Both the position numbers and the translations under genes were made by a program. This document shows, piece by piece, positions 38,120-49,900 of a stretch of DNA of 64,000 nt. Positions within the stretch are counted from its first letter, which is position 1, and every line of letters begins with the position of its first letter. The notes beneath the pieces were generated by a model, which saw only the letters and a program-made list of their open reading frames with translations, ran no database searches and was not told where the DNA came from. The DNA is from Kofleriaceae bacterium (GTDB lineage: Bacteria > Myxococcota_A > Polyangia > Haliangiales > Haliangiaceae): contig CBDCCZ010000039.1 in the NCBI GenBank assembly GCA_965215005.1, positions 1 through 64,000 of the forward strand, written 5' to 3'.

Positions 38120-41100
38120 TTGGCTACCCGATCGAGAAACTCACTTTTAGCGCTCGTTATTCCCGCAACGCTCGCTGCCGCCTGCGGCGGCGGCTCTGAT
38201 TCGCTCAACCTCGAGGTTACCTACGATGACGGCACCGGCCATCTGCAAGCGGCGATGAATCGCGAGCTCGCAGAGGGGGCCACGTTGCATATGCGCGTGC
38301 GCCGCGGCGCCGTCGGTGCCCTCGACTGCGCTACCGCAGCGGCCGAGATTCCGCGCATTGACCAAGAGCGTCTTTCTGGCACCAAGCGACCTACGTTCAA
38401 GGGCCGCAGGTCGACTCGAGCATCTTCGAGAGCCAGTACACCACCGATTGGCTGAGTCATAACGAGCCCACCGCGGAGATGCTCGAAGCCATCGCCGGCG
38501 GCGAATACCTCGTCGACGTCTGCCTGATGAACGGCAGCGACGTCACCGCGCAGCTCGAGATCGATGTCCGTCGCGCGCTCGACCGCGCTGGCGGCAAGAA
38601 TGGCAAGTACGACGAAAGCGACGAGACGCGCATCGCGAGCACCGTGGCGTACGGCGAGTACTGCGTCGATGAGCTCGGCGAGATTCCATTCTTCGAACAG
38701 GTCGGCGAGAACGACTGGGACACGTTCAACTGCCTCGACGCCACGCCCATCCCGATGACCGTGACGCTGGCCGATGGCACCGTCGAGCGGCCGACCGAAG
38801 AGCGTGAGCAATGCGACAACCCGCAGTACATCTACGATAGCTGCGAGCCCAACGCCGTCGATGGCCGTTCTAACGGCCCGCGCGTCACCAGCGCCTCCAA
38901 CGACCAAGGCACTCACTGGGTGCTCTTGTGCCGCAAGGCCAAGGAGCAGGAGGGCAGCTACAACGACATCGCGATGATCGGTCACAACCCGTACAGCGGC
39001 AAGACGTGCTTCTTTCAGAACGCGCTCTATCGCCGCACCGATGGCCTCAAGGTGCCCCACCCGTCAGATACCGTTGAGTCGGAGCAGTCGCCAGCACAGT
39101 CGCTCAATCTGTGGGAAGGAATTCACGGCGGTCTGGGCAGCGGCATCGAGTGCGCCGAGTGCCATGACGCCGACGCCTTCGTTCACACCCCTTGGATCGA
39201 CGGCGCCCTAAACGGCGAAGGCGACCCAATCGTGCCCAAGATGGGCATCAACGACGACTTCGTGCTCGGCTTCAACGATGCTCCCTACAGCATCCTCAAT
39301 GCTGCCGGCCAGGGCTGGAGCATGCCCAAGCAGCTCGTTAGTGAAGAAGCTAGCGCCTGCACCAGCTGCCACCGTATGGGCAGCGGCCGCTGGACCAGCA
39401 GCTGGATCGACCGTCTCGTCGGGCAAGACCAAGCATGGACGGCAATCACCAGCGAGAGTCATCGCAGCTTCGAAAACGTCTTCTGGATGCCGCCCGAGGT
39501 CGACGGCCTCGACGCCGAAACCTGGCCCACCTCGACCTTTGGCCGCGCCGTCGCATTCATTCAAGAGTGCGGGCGCAATCCCGAGAGCTGCCAATGGGAA
39601 GAGCTGCCGCGTGAGCCCATCGCCGACGACGGCGGCTTGCCCACCATCGAGCTCGAAGGTCGCGCGCTCGCGGTCAGTGCGCTCACCGCGCTCGGCGCGG
39701 ATATCGAAGACCCCAGCTGCCCGGACGGCAACTGCGGCACACGCCGCTGCGCCGAGTGTCACTCGGTATCGCGCGGTGGCCTGGGTCGCTGGCTCGACGA
39801 CACCCAGCGCGCTTGGGACGATTGCGGCCTATCGCGTGACGCTGACGAGATGAGCCCGGAAGAAGCGCTGACCGCAGTCAATTGTCTGCGCGTCGACCCA
39901 ACCGACGCCGACTCGGTGTTCGCCGCCGCCAACCTCGGCATCTTGACCACGGGCGTCCAGTACAGCCCATTCCGCAAGCTCTTCCGCCGCGCCTTTGGCG
40001 ACCGCTGGCTCGCGCCGTACACGCAGTTCAAGGCACGCGTGGGAATGCCCAAGGGCAGCCATCCCAAGTTCAGCCAGCGCGAGTTTGCCACGGTCGTGAA
40101 GTGGTTCCAGAACGACTTGGTCGCCATCGACGAAGTCATGCAAGAAGCACCACCGCCGGCGGTCTGCACCCCGCGCATCGACACGCCAGCCATGACGGCG
40201 CACGTGCAGGACATGCAGTTTGATGGCTGGGGCGCGGTCAACGCAGACAACGGCATCCGCATGTTCGGCTGCTCGGCCAGTGGCCAAGACTGCTTCACCA
40301 ACGGCTCCTTTCCCAACCGCAGCAGCGACTGGGGCAACGGCATCGGCGCGATTCGCCAGCTCACCAAGCTCGGCTTCCGCACCAGCTTCTGGACCCGTAC
40401 GTCCGCAGATGGTCGCTTCGTTGGCAACGGTGGCGGCAGCGCAGGGTCGACTATCACCGACTTGGCGCGCGGTATCGATATCGGCGTGAAGGCCTCTTAC
40501 GACCCCGGCTTCTTCCCGGACAACTCGGGCTTCATCTTCCAAGGCTCGGTTGGCGGCGCTGGCATCTGTACTCAGAGCGTGCTCGAGAACGATGACCTCA
40601 TCGACTTCGAAGAAGCGCAATGCATCAAAGCGCGCGGCATCAACCTCTATCAGCACGTTGCTCGTGGCGTGAATGGCGGCGACTACTTCGTCATCAACAG
40701 CCAGTTCACCAGCGATGCCGGTGGCGGCAACACCGACCCGGCGGCATTCTTCAACGCGACCTCGACGATGAAATTTACCCCGATGCTCTTCAACGGCACC
40801 ACGTATGAGCCGCTGAGCCCGGTGGTGGTCGAGTCTCCGTACGAGGGAGACTCGGTGCTTTCGCCCTCGAGCCGCCTGGTCGGCAGCCGGCTTTCTGGCC
40901 CCGATGGCAAATCGCTCGGCTACGTCATTCGGCGCGTCAACGCCAGTCGCTTTGGCGACAGCTACCGCATCGACATCGACCGCACGTTGGCGACGCTCTG
41001 CATGCCGGGCGCGAAGCTCAACTTCTCGTTCGACGAGCGCTTCATCGTTACCCACCACTACGAGAACCAGACCGCCAATATCTATCTGGCAGATCTGCTC

Positions 41101-41256
41101 ACCGGTGAGCGCTACCAGATCACCAACATGCCGGAGGGCAGCAGAGCGCTGTTCCCGCACTTCCGGTCGGACGGCTGGTTTTACTTCCTGGTCAACACCG
41201 CTGATGGCGAGCAATACGTCGTCGCCAGCGATGCAGCCGTCACCCTCGCCCGCTGA
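38120..41256 (+). CDS. Multiheme c-type cytochrome lipoprotein with a C-terminal beta-rich (TolB-like) region; one frameshift near 38403
   Basis: SD GGAGGA followed by signal/lipobox LAAAC (frame of ORF 37898-38455). Continues in the frame of ORF 38479-41256, which has CAECH, CTSCH and CAECH. Confidence 0.75.
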
Positions 41257-41262
41257 GACCTC

Positions 41263-43071
41263 ATGAGCCAGAAGCGCATCATCGCTCTGGCGCTTGCCGC
41301 GGTCGCCGCCTGCCATGCGCAGGACGGCGACCGCGGCCCCCGCGACTTTCCAGGCTCGGGCGGAGGCAAAGAAGATGCCTTTGGCCGCAGCCTGGTTGGC
41401 GTGGCGGCGCCGTACGAGCCAAATCCTGAGTTACTCAATCCAGCCGCCGAAGAGCGCCTGCGCTCCGACATGCAGTGGCGGCGTACCATCGCCTGGCAAA
41501 CCGCCTATCAGGCGCTCGACCAAGTGCCCCTCTATGGTCTTGCCGAGGCCATCGAACAAAACGACGAGCTAGTGTGGCCCGAGGGCGAGATTCCTCGAAT
41601 ACCGCGATTTCAAACATGGTATGGAGTGGACGAGATCAAGCAGATGTTCCAGCATCTCTATGAGCAGCTGGGTGCATCTGGGCGCGCTATTCGCGCCGAC
41701 TTCGATGCGGCCGCCGTCGACGAAGCGTTCGAATGGAACGCGCGCTCGATCGACCGTTCCAGCCGCTGGCCGCTCGAGCGCTATTTGCGTTACGTCGGGC
41801 AGCTGGGGGAGTGCCCCGAAGGACTCGACCCAATCGCCTGCGCCACCCACATACAAAGCGGCAGCGCCGGCGCCGCCGGCGGCATCAGCCGCATCACCTA
41901 TAGTCCGGCAACCGTTCGTCACCTACTCAATAGCTATCAGCGCATCTACGATTGCTTGGCGGAGCTAGATAGCCTCGGTTTCGGTCGCGAGCCGACGTCG
42001 GAGACAAACTTTACCGCCTGCCTCGAGTCCGAAATGCCGGCCGATGCGGTGCTGGTCAAGGCGCAGTGGGTGCGCGCCGACTTCGGCCAGACCCTGCCCA
42101 CGTACGACACTGACGCCGATGCGATGAAGGTGCTCCTTGGCGAAGGCTCGACCTCGCACTGGGGAGAGACTGGCGACCGCCAGACCAGCCCCGACGCGTC
42201 GCAGATTTACACGGTGCGGTTGCAAAACGGCAGCGTGTTTCGTCTCGCGGGGCTGCACCTGATGACCAAAGAGCTGCGCCACTGGCAGTGGCTGAGCTTG
42301 TGGTGGAGTGACCGCCCAGACGAAGACTTTGGCGCGGATCGGCCGGAGCCTGGTGCGCGATCGATCGACCCGGTCTGGAACAACTACAAGATGTGCGCCG
42401 CGAGTTGGTACGACGAGCTCGATCCGGCCCCAGAGAGTGGCTTCGAGAGTGAGCCGTCGCTGGCTCAGGCGCTCGCTGCCGTGAGCGCTGCCGCCGAAGG
42501 TTCGAGCTGGTGCAGCAACCCGTATATCGAGCGTGGCCGACACAACGCGCGCACCAACTGCATTGGCTGTCATCAGCACGGCGGCAGCAGCGTTGGCCCG
42601 GATGTCGATGGTGACGGGACCCTCGATCCGTTCGACCTCGAGGCCGTCATCAGCGATGAGCGCAGCTTCCCGCGTACCTCGCGCGCGCAGATTCGCGAGA
42701 TCTTTCCCGCCGACTACTTATGGTCATTTAATCGCGTCGACGATGTAAGCGGCGTGCTCGCCCACGAGATCGAGTTCTTCGATCGCGCCGACACCGACTC
42801 GGTGACGCCACGCATCACCGCCATCCTCGCTCGCACCGGTGATGAGGGCGCCGGCGGCGCCACGTTCGCCGAGCGCTGCGCGCCGTGCCACGGCGCCGAC
42901 GGCAGCGGCTCAGGCTGGGCTCCCTCGCTCATCGAACGGCTGCCAAGCCGCCCCGACGATAGCGTGCTGCGCACCCTCATCCAAGGACGCGGCGGAATGC
43001 CTGCCTGGGGCGAGGTGCTCGACGATCGAGCGCTCGCCGACCTGCTCGCCTACCTGCGCGCTACGTTCTGA
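41263..43071 (+). CDS. Di-heme c-type cytochrome lipoprotein with a C-terminal class I cytochrome c domain
   Basis: Lipobox AVAAC, GGKED motif, CIGCH, and CAPCHGADG...GMPAW. Starts 6 bp after the upstream gene. Confidence 0.85.
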   Translation: MSQKRIIALALAAVAACHAQDGDRGPRDFPGSGGGKEDAFGRSLVGVAAPYEPNPELLNPAAEERLRSDMQWRRTIAWQTAYQALDQVPLYGLAEAIEQNDELVWPEGEIPRIPRFQTWYGVDEIKQMFQHLYEQLGASGRAIRADFDAAAVDEAFEWNARSIDRSSRWPLERYLRYVGQLGECPEGLDPIACATHIQSGSAGAAGGISRITYSPATVRHLLNSYQRIYDCLAELDSLGFGREPTSETNFTACLESEMPADAVLVKAQWVRADFGQTLPTYDTDADAMKVLLGEGSTSHWGETGDRQTSPDASQIYTVRLQNGSVFRLAGLHLMTKELRHWQWLSLWWSDRPDEDFGADRPEPGARSIDPVWNNYKMCAASWYDELDPAPESGFESEPSLAQALAAVSAAAEGSSWCSNPYIERGRHNARTNCIGCHQHGGSSVGPDVDGDGTLDPFDLEAVISDERSFPRTSRAQIREIFPADYLWSFNRVDDVSGVLAHEIEFFDRADTDSVTPRITAILARTGDEGAGGATFAERCAPCHGADGSGSGWAPSLIERLPSRPDDSVLRTLIQGRGGMPAWGEVLDDRALADLLAYLRATF

Positions 43072-43143
43072 GCCGCTCTTGATACAAGCGTCGACTCGTC
43101 GCGCGAGCTTGCGCGATGAGTCGATGCTTTGCAGTCGTGATGC

Positions 43144-46100
43144 TCATGGCGGGCCAACGGCTGCCGCAGGGAGTGCGATGGCCTGCAGCGCCGCGTCATC
43201 AGGTGCTTGAGTGCGCGCCGCGCGCAACAGCTGCGACGCGCGAGCCGCACCGCCGCTGGCTGCCAAACTCGGCAGGCCGACAGCAAGCACCGCGGGATTG
43301 TGCGGCGCACTCTGCAGTAGCGGCTCGATCACCGAGGCGGCAAGCGAGCTCTGCCCGTGCTGCGCAAGCCACCGACTCCAGGCAAGCCGAGCGGTGGCCG
43401 CGCGCGGATAACGAACCGTTGCGAGCCCGAAGTCCGCGTCGCTGGCCTCGAGGCCGAGCCAACGCGCCTCTTCGGGATCGAGAGCCTTGCTGGCCAGATC
43501 CGCCTCGAGCAGGGCGAGGTGGCCGCGGCGCAGCGATACCAGCGCAGCCGCGCGCCGAGAACTGCTACCGCGGATGCTAGCGGCGTCGAGATAGGCACGC
43601 GCGGCGTTCACCTCGCCAGTGCGCAACGCCAGCCATCCAAGACGCGAGTAGACCTCCGCGCGCTCCGCTGCTACGTCGCCTTGCAGCCGTCGCCAGCGGG
43701 TGAGCAGCGGCATATGTGGCAACAGCGGCTCGACGTCGGCGCCGTTGTCCATCGCCTCCGGCACCAGTCCCCGCGCCCAGGCCTCGGAGATCGCTGAGGC
43801 GGCAAGCTCGAGGCGATTGCGATCCCACCAGAAGCTAGCGACGTTCACCAACCAGCCAGTTTCCTGGCCGTCTGTCGGCATTCGCTCGGCGACCTGTGCA
43901 GCTACCTCATCGAGCGCGCCCGCCAACGTCGCGATGAAACCCGGCTGGTTGAGCAGGAGCCAGGTCATAGCCACTCCGAGATCTTCATCGGCATAGCCCG
44001 CCCGCCAAGCCGCCACGCATGCTGGCGCCGCGGCCATGGGCTCGTCGAGGTCAATGAAGATCCGACACGCGGCGCGATGGGTGCCGGCGGTATCGAGGGT
44101 GAAAAGGCTCGCAGCGGCGGCGTAAGCCTGTTGACGCACTTCCGCGTAGGTCTCGTGCTGCTCGAGCTTCCACAGCTTCCACGCGAATTCATCGTCGAGC
44201 ACGCCGGCTTCGCGCTCCGCTGCGAGCACCTCGATCTGAGTTCCGAGAGCCGTGGGTCGCTGCTGCCGCTCATCGCTCGGCACCAGCGCCATCCGCACCG
44301 CGTCGACGCCATCACCCGCGAGAAACCGCAGCGCAGCCAGCGGCCACTGCCCCGTCCATGAGCTGCGCCCAAGCCGCGTTACCGCCTCGCGTGCGAGCGC
44401 GACCGCTTCTGCGCCGCTGGTAGCGCTACTGATCGCCTCGCGCAGCTCTTCGTACGCACTCCAGGCGACCTCGTCGACCTTGGCCACCGGCACGGCCGCG
44501 GCACGCTCGGCATCACCGGCTGCGTTGATGTGCACGGCGACCTCAGCGCCGGTCCCCAATGAGCCATCGCGCAGCGCCGGCAACAGCCAAGGCGGCGCAA
44601 CGTTAACGAGCTTTGGCAGCCGGCGAGCCAGAAATTGGGCTCCATCGCTTCCAGGCGCGTTGTGCGCGACCGCCACAGCCCATTCTTGCGAGACGCCGGA
44701 ACCGTATCGCCAGAGCAGGTCTGCGAAGTGCGTCTTTGCCACTGCCCAGTCACCAGCGCTCGCTGCAGTGCGCGCCGCATCGAGCTTCTGCCAATGGCTC
44801 GACGCGGGCAGCCATCGAGCCAGCTCACGCGCCTGCGCTCGATCGCCGCTGCGACGCGCGGCTTGCGCCGCCATTGCCATAATCAGTGGTTCGTCGTGCT
44901 GCTCGAGCAGCGGCGCCAGCGCCTCGAGCACCTCTCTACTATTGCCACTGGACCACGTCTTCATCGCCCGCGACAGCTGCGCCACGCGACCGCTGATTGC
45001 TGATGCTGGGAGCGTCTCCCGCGACGATGAGCTCGACAGCCGCGGCAACGGCTCGATCGGCCAATCCGCAAACCAGAGGTCGGCCAACAGCTGCGCACCA
45101 TCGACGCCATCTTCGAGATCCGCGGCCGCCTCGCGGTACACCGTGCGGTGCCACGACGCAATCAAGCCGCCGCGCTCTCGCAAATGGCGCCGCATCGCCA
45201 CCGCATCGCCACGAACCAGCGCCAGGTGCAGGAGCCCATAGACCACCTCTTCGGTGAGCCCGAGTCGACCGCGCGCGAGCGATTCGGTGACATCGGCTAG
45301 CGAGCGCACCACGTCGGGCTCGCGTGAAGCCAAGACTCGCAGCGCCGAGCTGGGCAGTGCGGGCCAGTCGGTAATCACGCGCAACGCCCGCGCCTCGGTA
45401 GCGCCGTCGTTTTCACTATCGAGCGCATCGAGCGCCTGTAGCCGTCGACGACAGCTCGAGGTGGTCGCTTTGCGTTGTTTGCAGTCTGCCAGCAATGCGG
45501 CCGCATCACGGCTCATCCAATGCAATCGCTGCAGCGCGAGCTCACGCAGCGCCGCCGGCGCCTCGGCATCGCTGGCAACCTGGCGCAACCGATGCCATTC
45601 GACCGGGTTGTCGTAGACCGGCCAGTCGCGCGCGACCAGCCTTTGAATGGCGACCTCGGCCAGCGTCCGCTGCGCGAGCACCTCGCTCTGCCAATAGCTC
45701 GCCTCGACATGCGCGAGATAGACAGAATCGCGGCCACGATTGGCGCGGCGCCACAACCGATACGCGTCGAGATCGCCAAGCTGCAGGGCGGCGAGAGCAC
45801 GTGCTTGTTGCCGCAGCGCCGGCTCCCGCACCTTGGGTAGCATCTCGACGGCATCGCCAGATACACCTGCTTGAATCGCTGCGAATGCCAGCGCAGCGGG
45901 CGCGGCCTGCGATGTGGGAGCCGCGGCGACCAGCCGCTCGAGCCGAACCAGGTTGCCCGGCGCCTCGCTCGCCAGCGCAAGGTCTGCCAGTACCCCCGCA
46001 TCCAGCTCGAGCACGCCGCGCTGCGCCTCTGCCAGCGCCGTTCGCACCAGGCTCGCGCGCACGTCGAGCGGATCGACGGCGAGCAACGCAGCGGCAAGTG

Positions 46101-46776
46101 CATCGAGGTAGCCAGGGTCGAGCGAGTCGGAGGCAAGCGCTGCATGAAGCCGCATCCAAAGAAGCCCGGCAGCCCGCGGGCCTAGCTTGCGCAAGCTCGT
46201 CACCGGCAGCGACGACTCGCTGAAGAAGGCACGCGCGGTTTCGAGCCGCAGCTGGATTTCGGGCTTCTTTTCCGCGAGCCGCCACGCGGTCTCGTAAAGC
46301 GTGGAATCGGTGATGTTGCGAACCCGCCGCGCCGCTTCGAGATACCGCGCCGCCTGCGGATCCCCTTGCTCGATCGGCGACAGCGCTGCGATCACCAAGT
46401 GAACGTTGCCCATGGCGCCAGCAAGCTCGGCAATGCGTACCCGTTGCTGTTTACTCGCGACGCTCGCGCGCGGCAGCCGCTCGGTTGCCGCCAACCCGCC
46501 AAGCACCTCCAGATATCGCCACGCTGCCCACTGTGCCTCGACGGCATTGCCGAGCTCGTACTCCAGCTCGAACAGCCGCCGCAGGCGCTCGAGCTCATCG
46601 CTAGCGGTGGTGCCAAGCGGCTCCCCCAGCGCTCCCAAGGAAAGCCGCGCCGCCACCTGCTCATCGGCGACCGGCGCGCTCGGCCCGACGGCTGCATGGC
46701 CACATCCCATGAAAACTATAACGAGAACCGCCGCGGCTCGTCCCGCCGACCTCCGCATATCTGCTCCTAGATTCAT
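43144..46776 (-). CDS. Large alpha-helical/TPR-like lipoprotein
   Basis: About 1200 aa, Ala/Leu/Arg-rich helical repeats, signal AAAVLVIVFMGC. Start uncertain (46758-46863). Confidence 0.75.
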   Translation of the reverse strand: MNLGADMRRSAGRAAAVLVIVFMGCGHAAVGPSAPVADEQVAARLSLGALGEPLGTTASDELERLRRLFELEYELGNAVEAQWAAWRYLEVLGGLAATERLPRASVASKQQRVRIAELAGAMGNVHLVIAALSPIEQGDPQAARYLEAARRVRNITDSTLYETAWRLAEKKPEIQLRLETARAFFSESSLPVTSLRKLGPRAAGLLWMRLHAALASDSLDPGYLDALAAALLAVDPLDVRASLVRTALAEAQRGVLELDAGVLADLALASEAPGNLVRLERLVAAAPTSQAAPAALAFAAIQAGVSGDAVEMLPKVREPALRQQARALAALQLGDLDAYRLWRRANRGRDSVYLAHVEASYWQSEVLAQRTLAEVAIQRLVARDWPVYDNPVEWHRLRQVASDAEAPAALRELALQRLHWMSRDAAALLADCKQRKATTSSCRRRLQALDALDSENDGATEARALRVITDWPALPSSALRVLASREPDVVRSLADVTESLARGRLGLTEEVVYGLLHLALVRGDAVAMRRHLRERGGLIASWHRTVYREAAADLEDGVDGAQLLADLWFADWPIEPLPRLSSSSSRETLPASAISGRVAQLSRAMKTWSSGNSREVLEALAPLLEQHDEPLIMAMAAQAARRSGDRAQARELARWLPASSHWQKLDAARTAASAGDWAVAKTHFADLLWRYGSGVSQEWAVAVAHNAPGSDGAQFLARRLPKLVNVAPPWLLPALRDGSLGTGAEVAVHINAAGDAERAAAVPVAKVDEVAWSAYEELREAISSATSGAEAVALAREAVTRLGRSSWTGQWPLAALRFLAGDGVDAVRMALVPSDERQQRPTALGTQIEVLAAEREAGVLDDEFAWKLWKLEQHETYAEVRQQAYAAAASLFTLDTAGTHRAACRIFIDLDEPMAAAPACVAAWRAGYADEDLGVAMTWLLLNQPGFIATLAGALDEVAAQVAERMPTDGQETGWLVNVASFWWDRNRLELAASAISEAWARGLVPEAMDNGADVEPLLPHMPLLTRWRRLQGDVAAERAEVYSRLGWLALRTGEVNAARAYLDAASIRGSSSRRAAALVSLRRGHLALLEADLASKALDPEEARWLGLEASDADFGLATVRYPRAATARLAWSRWLAQHGQSSLAASVIEPLLQSAPHNPAVLAVGLPSLAASGGAARASQLLRAARTQAPDDAALQAIALPAAAVGPP

Positions 46777-46989
46777 CACGCCATCACCCTGTTCATCTTC
46801 GTCAACGCTGGCCTCGACCGCTGAAACCACTCCGCAGGAGGAGTATCGGGAATCAAGCGTCATCGTTGCGCACTCTACGCATCGAGCCGCGACTGCCGCA
46901 GCGGGTCAACCACCCGCGCAACCAATTCAATCGCCCGCCGATGCTCTGATCTTGCTCGGGCTCACGAGCTGACAACGCGCGCCCGCGGG

Positions 46990-49900
46990 TTAGGCCGCGA
47001 CGGCTCGCGCGCGCTCGCTGCGGACGGCGAAGTAGTCGTCACTGATGGCGTAGGAGAGCAGGTCGCGCGCTGGATGATTTTGCGCCAGCCGCGTCGCATC
47101 GAGGACGGCACGACCTAAGAGCACGCGTAGCGCGGCATGGAGGTCCTCGCACACTACGAAGGCAGCGCGGGTCACGGTGGCGTCGACGGCGCGCGACCAC
47201 GAGGCAACATCGGCGACCTCGGCGCGCAACAGCTCGCGCACCGCAAACTGCAAGTGACGGCGCTCATCGCCACGCAGGCCGCTGGCGAACGCTTGCGCAT
47301 AGGGCGCGGCGAGCGCGTGCTCGCGCTTGGGGATCGGCACGTCGGGGCACGCCGTCGCGATGGCGGCAACCACGGCGGCGCGCAGCTCGGCAACACCGGG
47401 AATCGCCACGGTGGCGAGGTACTCGGGACGAGCGCGGGCGAGCTCGCGAGCGAAGGCGAACGTGAGCCAGGCGGGCGACTCACCGCGACCGGCATCGGGG
47501 GCGGCGATGAGCGCCGGCGTCGGACCGCTGCGACTGGTCGCGTAGGTCAAGAACACCGGGTCGCGAAAGCCGCCATCGAGCAACACCGGCGGTGCCGCCA
47601 CGCCCACCGCGCGAGCAACCTCCCGCAGCACTCGATGCAGCGGCGAAAGCGGCGTCGCGTCGCTCGTAGAGGGCGCCCGCGCCAGCGCTCGATCAGCCAC
47701 CACCGCCGCCGCTCGCCACACTGCCGCCATCACCGCGCCCAGATGCGGATCTTCGTCCTGATGACGGATATGCGCCCAGTACTGCGGCAGAAGCTCGCTC
47801 GGGCCGTTGTGGCCAAACCGGGCCTGGCGACGCTCGACGAAGCTCTTCTCGACGGCCGCCGCTCGACCAGTGGCCACCAGCGCGCGAAAGACGCACCAGG
47901 CCTGTTCTTCGCCACCAGCATCGAGATAAATGCGCCCCAGGTCGCGATAGCTCTGCGCGTGCAGCGGGTCGTCCCGGAGCAGATCGCGGTGCTGCGCCAC
48001 CGCTTTATCGACTTGGTCAGCACCGGCGATGACGTAGAGCTCGGCGAGAATCTCGCGCCGCTCGCTGCCTTTGGGATCGAGATGCTGGGCGACCTCGAAG
48101 GCGTCGATCGCATCGCTCAGCCGCGCCAAGCGCGTCCGGTAGATCTCGCCGAGAGAATCCCACAGCGATGCCAGCGCCGGATGACCTTTGGGCAGTCGCT
48201 GAATCATCGCGCGATACGCCCGCTCTTGCCCACTCCAGTCGCGCGCCTCCGTGAGCAGCGCATCGATGTCGACGAAGGCCTGCATCGCGCGCGTGACCAT
48301 GGCGTCGGTGAGCTTGCCGGGATCGGCAAAGAAGCTCGCAAGCGCGCACTCGAATCGCTCTGTAGCGGCTTTGGGCTCGCCCAGCTCGTCACGCAAGATG
48401 GCCGCCGCGGCCTGATGATACGAGCCACAGCGCACCGCGTCCGGCTCGCAGGCGACGAACCGGTCGATGACATCGATTGCCATCTCCCACTCCCCGAGCT
48501 CGGCGCATAGCTCGAGCGCGCGCTGCAAGCGGCGGTGATTGCCAGGAGTGAGCTCGAGCGCCTGAAAGTATGCATCGAGCGCCTCGCGCGAGTCGCCCAA
48601 CACGTCGGCAGCCAACTGCCCAATGTCCTCGAAAACCTGCGCTGCGACCGCTCCCTCACTGAGCTGCGCCAGGCTGCGCTTGGCCTCGATCGCGGCTGCC
48701 GCATCGCCGGCCGCCGCGCACAGCTCCGAGGTTGCAACCAGTGCTTCGTAGTGGTTGGGCTCGAGAGCAAGCGCCTGCGCGAGCACCTCGATTCCGCGGT
48801 CACGCTCACCGGTGTTGGCCAGTGCCACTCCGAGACGACAATAGAGGTCGGCACTGGCGGTCGAGCTCGCGCCGAGATAGGCGCGGTAGCCCGCGACCGC
48901 GGCGTGAAATTCGCCAGTGGCGAAGTTTGCCTCCGCCAACCCCAACAACACGGCCGGCGAAGCAGCGATTTCACGCGCTTCTAGAAAGAAGCGCTTGGCG
49001 GAGGCGTGCTCACCACGCGCCGCCGCGCAGCGCCCGGCTCGCTCGCACTGCACCGCGCGCTTCGCGGCATCCGGCGCCGCGTGTCGCAGGTGGCGAATCA
49101 CCACCTCCATCACCGGCGCGAGCTCGTCCCAGCGCGAGGCTTCATCGTAGAGCTCGGCGAGCGACTGCGCGGCATCGATCATGCTTGGTTCTAAAGCAAA
49201 CGCGCTCGCCATGCACCGGGTGCCATCGTCGGTGCGGCCCAAGCGATCGAGGTGAATGCGGCCGGCTCGATGCCAGAGCCCCGGCGCTTCGATCGCGCTG
49301 TGCGTGCGCTCCGCGGCTTGCTCGAGCCACATCGCGGTCTGCGCCCACATGCCGCGGCCTTCGTAGAGCGCCGCTAGCTCCAGGCGCGGCTCGGCAGTGT
49401 CCAGCAAGCGAGCCGCGCACAATAGGTGCGATTCGGCGTCGCGATCATGGCCGCCGCGAATGATCACTCGACCGAGCGCGAAGTGCAGCGGCCCGCGTTC
49501 GGCCTCCGCGGTGAACTCTAGAGCGTGCTCGAGCGCGCTGGCCGCGCGACTCCAGCGCTCGGCGCGTTCACAGGCGCGCCCAAGCGCCGCCCACGCCGCG
49601 CCACTGCTGGGCGCAAACGCCAGTGCCTCTTCGTAGCTCGCAACGGCAGCGTCGACATCGCCGGCACCGCGCTCGAGCACCTCGCCAAGCTCGATCAAGC
49701 GGGCGATGCGCACCTCTTCGTCGTCGTCATTCGCGAGCTGGCGGCGATATACCCGTGCAAGCTCGTCCCACCGCTCGAGCCGACGATAGAGCCGCACCAG
49801 CTCGGGATAGAGCTCGTAGCGCTCCGGGGCAAGCTCGAGGAGTCGCTCCCACGCAGCCGCTGCCTCCGCGATCGCGCCGGCTCTCTCGCTCACCCGCGCG

